A stretch of 24,056 nt of DNA, taken from positions 1 through 24,056 of the forward strand of contig NW_021836472.1 in the NCBI RefSeq assembly GCF_006345805.1, written 5' to 3'. Shown here in pieces: positions 10,847-21,173 of the stretch. The DNA comes from Octopus sinensis (lineage: Eukaryota). Each line of letters begins with the position of its first letter. The stretch's first letter is position 1. The notes under the pieces were generated by a model. That model was not told the DNA's origin, ran no database searches, and was given only the letters and a program-made list of their open reading frames with translations. The translations under genes and the position numbers were made by a program.

Positions 10847-11963
10847 AAATGTTGATGGATGAGGTGGTGCAGGAGAAACGACAAGTTTCTTAATGTTGTA
10901 AGCATAAAACGGTGTGTTTCTGCTCAGATGATGATAAACAGTGGAAAGTTTGACACATTTCAGTGAAGTAATACAAACCTTAATCACGGCAGCAGGGGTG
11001 GGGTGGGGGGGGGGCGTAGGGGCGAAAGAGGAAACAGCAGAGGAGGAAGAGAGAAAGAGAAAGATTGGCGAATGTCTTAGGAGGAAATTAATTAATTAAT
11101 TAATTAATTAATAAGATAAGCTTGATTGAAGAAGATAGAGTGTAGATTTACATAAATTAGTTATTGGAAAGAGAAAGAGAGAGAGAGAGACAGAGAGACA
11201 GAGAGACAGAGAGAGAGACAGAGAGAGAGAGGAGGAGGAGGATGGAAAGGAACGATGGAAGAACGAGCAACGAATCTAACAGACAGTGTGTGTGTGTGTG
11301 TGTGTGTGTGCGTGCGTGTGTGTGTTTGTTTGTATGTGTGTGTGCGTGTATGTGTGTGTGTATGTATGTGCGTGTGCGTGTGTGTGTGTGTGTGCGTATG
11401 GCAAATTAATGACTTGATAATCAGCATTAAAGATATTTTGATACATTTGTGTGTGTATATATCTAAATAATCAATGTATGTAGATGTGTGCGCCGTTTCT
11501 GCTAATTTACTTCTGTATTCACAGACATACATACACACACACACACACACAGAATTGCAGATGCACATTTGAGCTCCAATGTATGAAATATGCGTGTGTG
11601 TGTGTGTGTGTGTGTGCGTGTGTGTGTGTGTGTTAGTGTTTGCGTTTGTATGCATGTAGCTATATATGGGTGTATGTATTAACATCTGTGTAGAAACTCT
11701 TCTATTTTTAACCATTTCCCCCCCCCCTCGATTTGTTTAAAGGGATTTGAGTACAGCCCCACCAACACGCTCCGGGCTAGCTAATTTTACTTTTAAAACC
11801 ACACAGACAGACAGACAGACACACACACACACACACTGGCATACACACACACACATACACACACACTGGCATACACACACAATGGCATACACATACACAT
11901 ACACACACACGAACACACTGGCATACCCATACACACACACAAACACACGCATGTACATGTATA

Positions 11964-12360
11964 CTTCTATCTTTTACTTGTTTCTGTCATGAGACTGCGG
12001 CCATGCTGCAGCAGCGCCTTGAAGACATTTTATAGATTTGAATTGATTCCAGTACTTCCTTTTCAAAGCATATTACTCATTCCATCGGTCTCTTTGCCGA
12101 ACCGCTACCTCACAGGGACACAAGCACTCCAACAGCGGTCGTCAATCAGTGCTGGGGAGCAAATGCAGACACACACACACACATACATACCGATATACAT
12201 AAACATAGGACGGGCTTCTTTCAGTTTCCGTCTGCCAAATCCGCTCATAAGGCTTTGGTCGGCCCGAGGCTATAGTTGAAGACTCTTGTCCAAGGTACCA
12301 AGCAGTGGGATTGAACCCGGAACCATGGAGATTGAGAAACAAGCTTGTTACCGCACAGCC
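11964..12360 (-). mobile_element. SINE family 2, near full length with tRNA-like head
   Basis: Minus-strand head ggctgtgcggtaac...ggttccgggttcaatcccactgc (B-box-like GGTTCAATCC); body homologous to 5511-5835. Confidence 0.85.
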
Positions 12361-13098
12361 GCAATACTTGTGCAAGTATATGCATGATTGTGCGGCATAT
12401 GCACACATACATACATATACACACACAAACACACGTCTATGTGTGATAGAGAGAGAGAGAATGAGAGAGAGACAGACAGACAGGCAGACAGAGAGGAGTA
12501 GGAGTAGAAGGAGTAGGAGGAGGAAAACGTTGGAAACAAGAGGAGACAACTGTGAATGAGCGGCAGTAAAAGCTTCATAGACATGATCGACCGTTTATAG
12601 ACAGCAATTCAAATGAATGCGAAAAGTGTGTGTCGTAGAGTTTCCAAATTCCTTAAACGTTAAATGTATTTAGCAAATGATTTATTGGGTTCATTCAACT
12701 TTCAGGTAGGATGCAGAGGCTTAACTTTGCGGATATACTGATTTCGAGCAATTTAAGGCCGATATGTAAATGAGTGTGTGTGTGTGTGTGTGTGTGGTGT
12801 GTGTTGTTTCCCTTTCTTTGCCGCGGTGGAAGGGAAAAGCAGTGGCTGCGATGAAAGTGCAGAAGGGAGAGCGAAAAATAACAGTGTTGATTACTGTCCC
12901 TAGAAAAGTGAATTACTTATGAATAAGGTGTGACTTATTTGAAAGTTAGAGGCCAGTGCTTGGGTACGAGATTTGTTAACAAACATTCTCTAGTATGTAC
13001 CAGGCAAAAGGACAAATTCCTTGCATTTTGAAGTCTAATGTTGATGGAAATCATAAATCCTTATCGAATGTTACAGCAGATACAAATCTGGTGGAGAC

Positions 13099-13593
13099 TT
13101 AAAGGAAAGATTCTTCATTTCAAGTCATTAATGAGGAAGATATTTCAATGTGATGTGGGGGTAGAATACGATTTTGAAGGTTCCGTGTAAAGGACTTTTC
13201 ATCGTATATTTCAGAGGGCAGGCAAAAACAGAAAAGGCCTGCTTGAAATATCTGTTGGAGACACTGACTATGGGGTCTATCCATCGACTATCTCGTGGTA
13301 GCAATATCTGTAGAGTAGGACATCAGATTTTATGGTGGATGGTTGTGAGAATTCCCATGGTGGAGTAAGCAGCGCAACAACCGAAGAAATTGAACCCTTG
13401 GGAAATGATTAAAGGAAAGAATTTTAATTTCCCAAGTTATTAATGGGGAACATATTTCAATGTGATGTGGGGATAGAATACGATTTTCAAGGTTCCGTGT
13501 AAAGGACTTTTTGTCATATGTTTCAGAGGGCAGGCAAAATACATGTCAGAGAAGATAGCATCAAAGAAACAGAAAGGGCCTGCTTGAAATATC
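13099..13593. repeat. Diverged direct repeat pair (13099-13252 and 13409-13593, period 310 bp)
   Basis: Identical blocks atatttcaatgtgatgtgggg, aaggttccgtgtaaaggacttt and tttcagagggcaggcaaaa; copy 2 has an extra 29 nt. Confidence 0.92.
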
Positions 13594-14155
13594 AGCTTAA
13601 TCTCCCTCAAGTCCTTAGGAAAGGCTTGACGGAATAACATTGCCTGTACTTAGGGAGTGGGGTGAGAAAGGACTGTTGTGACTAGGGTGCCTTTGATTAG
13701 TTTTGAACTGGGACTACCCACTACCACCATCACCACCATCATCATCACAACAACAACATCAATAACACAACATTAAGCCTTATCTATGACCTTGTCAGAA
13801 ATAAATCCATTCTTAGATACTTCAAAAATATTTATTCAGCTGTTGTTAATGTCGTTGTTTAGCACTAAGCTGGCAAGCTGAAAGAATTGCTGGTGCGTCG
13901 GATAAAAAGCTTCACGGTCTTTCTTGTTCTGTTAAATCTTGACATGAAACTTTTCATTTTGGCCGGCGCGTTCTTGTGCAACAACCAAAGAAGACAATTG
14001 GAAACCGTTCCGAAGCACCGGACAGGTTTTATCTTAATTGCAGACAATCTGATCATGACCATCCATTTATTTAGTTTACTTAGGACCCGAATATCTAAAA
14101 TATTCCTCATCAGGTTTTTTTTCTTTTGTTTTAAAGACGGAAAAATATGATGCAA

Positions 14156-14300
14156 GGCAGCGAATCAGTAGAAATTAGAGGCGTTAGATTAGCTGCTCTG
14201 GTTTGCAGTGCTCAGAGTTCAAATCCGCCAAGGTCAAAGTTGCTTTTGATCCTTCGAAAGCCGATAAAGTACCAGTACTGGGGGTCGAATCTTACCTTTA
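14156..14300 (+). mobile_element. Degenerate SINE family 1
   Basis: gagttcaaatccgccaaggtcaaagttgcttttgatcc...gtaccagtactgggggtcga is homologous to the family 1 body. Confidence 0.7.
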
Positions 14301-14471
14301 CCTGGCTCTTATTTTCTTTTTGCTGCTTATTCTGAAAGAAGTCAGCCGCAGTCAAACTCCAGGAAGAATGGTTTCTGCCAAACACATCGCATATCATTCG
14401 ATGAAGGAGTCCCAAGGCAAGGCAAGAATGTGATGCTAGCAGTTGCGTACGTAGTTCTTCAATTTCTACAG

Positions 14472-14510
14472 CAGACACCTCTCCAGCCAGCCAGCCAACC
14501 ATGTCAAACT
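14472..14510 (+). other. Candidate 39-nt exon (contains CAACC-ATG)
   Basis: Acceptor ttcttcaatttctacAG and perfect donor GTAAGT at 14511; open in all three frames. Inferred from splice signals only. Confidence 0.3.
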
Positions 14511-14844
14511 GTAAGTACTGGAACTTAACCAACAGTTGTTATCCAACTAATCAGCGTGCCATGCAACTTCTTAATCAGACAGGCATTAGCGCCCCGCCCC
14601 ACCACCACCACCACCATTACTGCACCTCTAACAGCGTGTCTGTCAAATAGACACACACACTGTTAGAGAGGAACCGACAAGTTGGATGGAAGATAGAAAA
14701 CTAGAGAGGGAGAAATGAGAATGAGAGAGAAAGAGGGAGAGGAAGAGGGAGAGGGAGATGGAGAGGGAGAGAATGTAATATGTTGGTGGGGTTTAACACC
14801 GACACCTACTTATACGTCAGTTTCCGCTTACGTTAATAACCCAT

Positions 14845-14895
<51 letters not shown>

Positions 14896-15044
14896 ACTAC
14901 TTACTACTTCTGCCGTCGGTGCTACAAGAGCGAACGCGTTATCAAGTATGTTGAGATAAAGTTATAATATCAGCCTCTGACACACAAGAGAAACAGCCGC
15001 ACAGAAGTTTTAACAGCGACATGTATAGACGTATGGAGTTATGT

Positions 15045-15080
<36 letters not shown>

Positions 15081-15227
15081 GTATATATATATAGACATAT
15101 GTATGAGTGTGTGCATATATATACATACATACATATATATATAAATGTATATATACAGACATATATGTATGAGTGTGTACATATATACATATGTAAATAT
15201 ATGTACATATATTGTTAATGTATATAT

Positions 15228-15260
<33 letters not shown>

Positions 15261-16424
15261 GTATATATATATATTATTATATACACATACATACTTATAT
15301 ATGCATGCATATAAGTATGTATGCGTAAGCTTGTGTATGTGTATGTGTTTGTATGTGTGTACGAATATATGTGTGTACATGTGTGTATGTGTGTGTGTGT
15401 GTGTGTTATTGCAATAGAAGGCAATAGTACTGCATAAACAACATTGAATATTCCTTCCAAAGGTTTAAATATTAGGAATCGAAAATAAATTACGCGCCAT
15501 TTCACTGGAATCCAGGATCAGTCACGCAAACAAAATAAGTTCTCTCTCACTTTCTTTCTTTCTGTCTTCCCCACCTCTCTCTATCTCTCCTCTCCCTGTC
15601 TCTGTCTGTCTGTCTTTCTTTCTCTCTCTCTCTCCTCTCTCTCTCATTCCTACAAACTTTGAATAGGTGTTGCTAACTCGAAATATTTCAGTGACTGTTT
15701 TTTTGAAAATAGATATTACTTTTGATTTTTTATCGTCCAAAGTCGAAGAGAGCTAAAAGTAAAAGACAACTTGATTAGATCCTCAATCCAATCGAGATGT
15801 ATCCAATAACGTAGCTAGAAACTTTTTGCCTCAAATTAGATAACATTTCCCTAAAACTCATTGATATCAAGCTTTTTAACTTCTATAACGTCAAGGCTAG
15901 CAACTCATACTCAATAACACTTCCAATATTGTCCACCACAGCAAGTAAAACATACATCCATACACCGTCCACTGCCCATCCAAACTACTAACTATTCAGT
16001 GGGAGGTCTCTGCCTCGCAAATACTGTGATCTATAGAGTCACTTTCAAACTATTCGATGGTATCACGATGTACTTCACGGCATAACAGCTGAGAATTTCA
16101 AGGGAAGATTTACGCAATGTCTGCATGTAAGAATGGGGAAATCTCCATCTCCTTCTCCTGTTTTATCTATAGATTCCATGACTATAGAGATAACTCCCTC
16201 AAAATCATGGAGTAGCTTTGACAGGGCCTCTTCTTACTAACATGGACTACTAAATTGTGAACTCTTCTTCCGTAAGGAACGCTTCATATGCTGGAACATC
16301 CACCAGCAGCAGCAGCAGAGGTCTATCTTACTGTTGTCAACAATAGGTCTATCCAACTGTAGTCACCAAAAATGTATTCGTTTGTGGACTTTAAGCCATT
16401 GGCCGCTGATAAACAAAAATAATC

Positions 16425-16642
16425 GCATTAACCCCAGGTCGGCTGTAGAACCGCAGATGTGAAGAAAACCCCAACCACCACGAAACAATTAGACTCTTAG
16501 GTAGGGCTCTGTTAATTGTGTGACACAGTCTTACTGGTGGGCTGGAGAAGAGATTTGAAGTTTGCCATCAGTTTCACCCATCTCCAAGTGCTCAGCCACC
16601 AACTCCTATATTTCTATGTTCAAACGAACTACTTTATTTTTT
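16425..16642. repeat. Copy 1 of a 220-bp dispersed duplicate
   Basis: About 94% identical to 20523-20742 by manual alignment (12 mismatches, one 2-bp indel). Confidence 0.95.
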
Positions 16643-17066
16643 AATTTTCTTTCTTTGTCATTAATTTTTTTATTGTGGAAAATGAACTAAAAATAAGCGA
16701 GAAAGAAAAAAATACGGTCGATAACAGAGAGGTGTTCAAAATGTGCACATGCACTTCAGACTTATTCTCTCGTTCTTTACATTATATGTCCAGTGGCTAG
16801 GTAAAAACTAGACAAACGAGAACTGAGCTGGTATGAGAATACAGGCGATTGCCAAACTGAATGACGGGATCTTCATACCAGGCAATACCATCTTACTTCG
16901 TGTATATCCAGTTCAAGACACATCAAATCAGATGTTAACCCTACCCCATGGCATGTCTCTATGCTATCATCTGCGCCATCTTTCCACCATTGGCTTGATG
17001 CTGCAGACATCGAAGCTTTAAAGACAAAAGTTATTTCTTTCTTCTATATTTCCTTTCTTTGAAAAG

Positions 17067-17277
17067 CTAACGTGGCACTAAGCATACAAATTAGTGGGTC
17101 CCCATTGACTTCCTTGAGGTCAGTGTGTCCTTTGACAGGTCTTATCATCCGACAGAATGTCCAAAATCAGCCTCGTCATCAAAAGATTTTGCTTGTGTTG
17201 TTAGTTTCATTGTCAACGACCCAAACACCCGTTCAATTGTATTGGAAAAAATATAATGACATCACACAGATATGTGT
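17067..17277 (+). other. Candidate 211-nt exon (phase 1 to phase 2 open frame)
   Basis: Long polypyrimidine tract plus AG at 17065-17066, donor GTAAGC at 17278, and one frame open end to end. No recognisable homology. Confidence 0.25.
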
Positions 17278-17443
17278 GTAAGCGCGTCTGTGTGCATACC
17301 TCTCTCAAATTAATCAAAGAAACGATTAATTAGCTGCATAAATAGCTAACAAGTTGACAAATGAAGGAGTGAAACCGAAACAATGCGCGCGATTAATGGC
17401 ATTATAACCCTCCCGAATACAACAAAATATATATACAAACTTT

Positions 17444-17477
<34 letters not shown>

Positions 17478-17697
17478 ATATATACATATATACTTAGTGT
17501 TACTAGGTTTATAATTTACTTTTTGAATTAAAATAGAAAAATAAGCATTTTTCTATTTTAAATTAGTTATTAATCAATTCCTACAAAATTTATTGTAAAT
17601 AATGAACATACTTTAAAGTATAAACAGTAAAAATGAAGTATAAATTTAAATAACTTTAATTGTTATTTTCGTTCTCGATTTTCGGCTACTATGGCAT

Positions 17698-17703
17698 ATA
17701 TAC

Positions 17704-17734
<31 letters not shown>

Positions 17735-17956
17735 TGAATGTATAATGTATGTATGTATGTATGTATGTATGTATGTGAGTATGTATGTATGTATGTATGT
17801 ATGTATGTTTGTATGTATGTGTGTGTATGTATGTGTGTATGTAGTATGCATGTATGTATGTATGTATGTATCTATCTATCTATCTCTCTCTCTCTATATA
17901 TATATTATATATATTTATATATATATATATATATATATTTATAGATATTATATATT

Positions 17957-18005
<49 letters not shown>

Positions 18006-18132
18006 TTATAATATATATATTATATATATTTAATATATATATATTTATATTATAATATATATATATAGTTGATAATATAATATTATTTATATATATATAT
18101 AATATATATATATTATTATTATATTATATATT

Positions 18133-18163
<31 letters not shown>

Positions 18164-18214
18164 TATTTATATATATATATATATTTTATATAATATATAT
18201 ATAATATTACAATA

Positions 18215-18257
<43 letters not shown>

Positions 18258-18262
18258 ATATT

Positions 18263-18295
<33 letters not shown>

Positions 18296-18425
18296 ATTTA
18301 TATATATATATATAATATATATATTATATAAAATATATATATTATATATATATATTATATTATATAATATATATATATTTATATATATATAATATATAAT
18401 AATTATACTTACACATATTACATAT
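17698..18425. repeat. (TATG)n followed by about 500 bp of imperfect (TA)n
   Basis: Direct reading. Confidence 0.96.
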
Positions 18426-18548
18426 ATTTTATACTTATTTAGTTATTTATATATTTTTAATAAAACAATTATTTTTCACACGTGTATATCTTTCTGAGGG
18501 AGTTTTGCTATTTGATTTTCTAATATTAATAATAATATATTATATTAC

Positions 18549-18613
<65 letters not shown>

Positions 18614-18697
18614 TCTCCTACACACGCACGTACACAAATACTACGTCACACATATATAATATATATTGCATATATATATATAATATATATATTATAT

Positions 18698-18748
<51 letters not shown>

Positions 18749-19084
18749 TTACAATATATATATATATACACATACGCACATGCACCACACATATGAGCAC
18801 AAACATACAAACTCAAGCAGTCCTAGACAGGTAGTTCAAAAAATTATCGCCCATGTGTCTCCGCCCCTTATTTCCGAAGCTACCGTTAGAGGGCGTTGTC
18901 AGCAGCCAACGAGAGGCTTTGACAACGTCTAGCAAATTGTTGTTTGGAATGAGGCAGGACAAATAGACCACCGGCGCTTGGTCGTATTTGCGCGTATGCA
19001 AGGGAGTGAGTGTGTGTATGTGAATGTGTACACACGCAAATATATATATATATATATATAGATATATATATATATATATATATA

Positions 19085-19387
19085 TCACGTGATCACGTGA
19101 CCGACCAGTCCATCAGATGTAGTTACACATCGCTGGTCACAATGCGTTCGCATTGTTTTAGCCTTCGAAGACGCCACCCCGCTGGCTAAGCGAGCAGGCC
19201 AACAGCAGAAAGAGTGAGAGAAAGAGTGATGAAAGAGTACAGCAGGGATCAACACCCCCTGCCGGAGCCTCGTGGAACTTTTAGGTGTTTTCGCTCAATA
19301 AACATTCACAACGCCCGGTCTGGGAATCGAAACCGCGATCCTGCGACAGCGAGTCCGCTGCCCTAACCACTGGGCCATTGCACCTCC
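19085..19387 (-). mobile_element. tRNA-derived SINE family 3, full length, CACGTG-tail type
   Basis: Minus-strand head GGAGGTGCAATGGCCCAGTGGTTAGGGCAGCGGACTCGC is nearly identical to 7900 onward; the 3' tail differs. Confidence 0.92.
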
Positions 19388-19423
19388 ACATATATATATA
19401 TATATACATATGTATATGCTTCC

Positions 19424-19456
<33 letters not shown>

Positions 19457-19614
19457 AAATCAAATAAGGGTAGAAATTGATATTAATCAATTAAAACCAG
19501 TGGCCTAGCATATTAAAAAAATCCGAAGATTAAAAAATGCTTTTACATAGAAAATTTAGAGGACTGACCACTAAAAAAATAGACAGTCAGTTCTCTAGTC
19601 CTCTAAATTTGTAA

Positions 19615-19646
<32 letters not shown>

Positions 19647-19703
19647 CTATATATATATAATATATAATATATATATATATGCATGTATTTTATGCACAAA
19701 CGC

Positions 19704-19750
<47 letters not shown>

Positions 19751-19763
19751 ATATTATATATAT

Positions 19764-19805
<42 letters not shown>

Positions 19806-19930
19806 ATATATAATATACATATATAAATTTTCACCTAATTTCTAATTACTACTACTTGGCGGTTTGAGTCCGGCTGCTCTTTCTAGTGGACGATTGGCTA
19901 TTAAGGCGATTCCTTAATTTTGTTAAATAT

Positions 19931-19995
<65 letters not shown>

Positions 19996-20045
19996 GATGC
20001 ATGTATATTTATGCACAAACGCAATTATATATATATATATATATA

Positions 20046-20212
20046 CTTATTTAACAAAACTGTCCGACGAACGGAAACGTGAAACTCCAAGTAAGAGGTT
20101 TTGTTGAATTTTCTGCTGCTTTTTTAATAAAGCATATTACTCTACCCCTGGTATTTGAGTACTCTTTTTTCCACCTTGTTTCACATTTATGTCTTTACTC
20201 CGGTATCTCCGG

Positions 20213-20215
<3 letters not shown>
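20046..20215 (+). mobile_element. (TA)n-flanked cassette, probably a Penelope-like element terminal-repeat fragment
   Basis: Carries the minimal hammerhead motif, which is a known hallmark of PLE terminal repeats; no ORF. Confidence 0.45.
20053..20105 (+). ncRNA. Degenerate minimal type I hammerhead ribozyme motif
   Basis: aacaaaac-tgt | CCGACGA | ACG-GAAA-CGT | GAAA | CTC-C-AAG | TA | aga-g-gttttgtt: all three stems and both core boxes in the correct order, with three apparent mutations. Confidence 0.6.
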
Positions 20216-20244
<29 letters not shown>

Positions 20245-20522
20245 GTGACTCAAGGTTCGATAGTTTCGTGCGTTGGCATTGTCAAACTTAGAAAGGTTTG
20301 ATTATCTAATAAAAGACGTATATACACTCATGTTTTGAGTTCTATTTTTTCCTGCTTGCATCACCAGACCTACACACATAAACGCATGCACGCGCGCACG
20401 CACACATAAACATGTATACATATGCATATTATTTTATTCGTTTATTTGTTTCAGTCATATATATGTATATTATATGTATATATCCATATATATATGTATA
20501 TGTGTTGTGTGTATGTGTGTGT

Positions 20523-20742
20523 GCATTAACCCCAGGTCGGCTGTAGAACTGCAGATGTGAAGAAAACCCCAAACATCACGAGATAATTAGACTATTAGGT
20601 AGAGCTCTGTTAATTGTGTGACACACAGTCTTACTGGGGAGTTGGAGAAGAGATTTGAAGTTTGCCATCAGTTTCACTCATCTCCAAGTGCTCAGCCACC
20701 AACTCCAATATTTCTATGTTCAAACGAACTACTTTATTTTTT
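20523..20742. repeat. Copy 2 of the 220-bp dispersed duplicate
   Basis: See 16425-16642. Confidence 0.95.
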
Positions 20743-21082
20743 CACACTCACGTATGCATTGTGTGTGTACGCGTGTGTGTAGATGGCGTCCGTCTATTGG
20801 TTGCAATGCAATTATATTTCTTTAAGCTTGATCAATGAAACGGTCACGTGAGCAATTACTTTATATGAATGTATATGTATTTAGGAACATGGTCATCAAT
20901 CTGATCGATAATTAGGGAATTCAAGCGACAACAGGAAGTATTAATTATATACTAAATGCGTGTATGCGCACGCATGTAAGTATAAGCCTTTCCTTCTTTC
21001 CTGAGCGTCCAATAATACTATACTTGTTCCACGTCCACGCGTTGTTGTGTTTTCTCTTTGTGTTTCATGTTTGGATTAATTT

Positions 21083-21173
<91 letters not shown>

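Noticed and set aside
15740-16424. Long frame with few stops, possibly a LINE ORF2 relic
   Set aside because: I could not recognise any RT or endonuclease motif in manual translation.
17095-17256. Alternative protein-like frame WVPIDFLEVSVSFDRSYHPTECPK...VLEKI*
   Set aside because: Preceded by in-frame stops and only a weak acceptor; no recognised homologue. Worth including in a BLAST but not supportable as a CDS.
20250-20290. Minus-strand ttgacaa-tgccaacgca-cgaaac, a possible hammerhead relic
   Set aside because: The core box is doubly mutated and I found no stem I or stem III partner.
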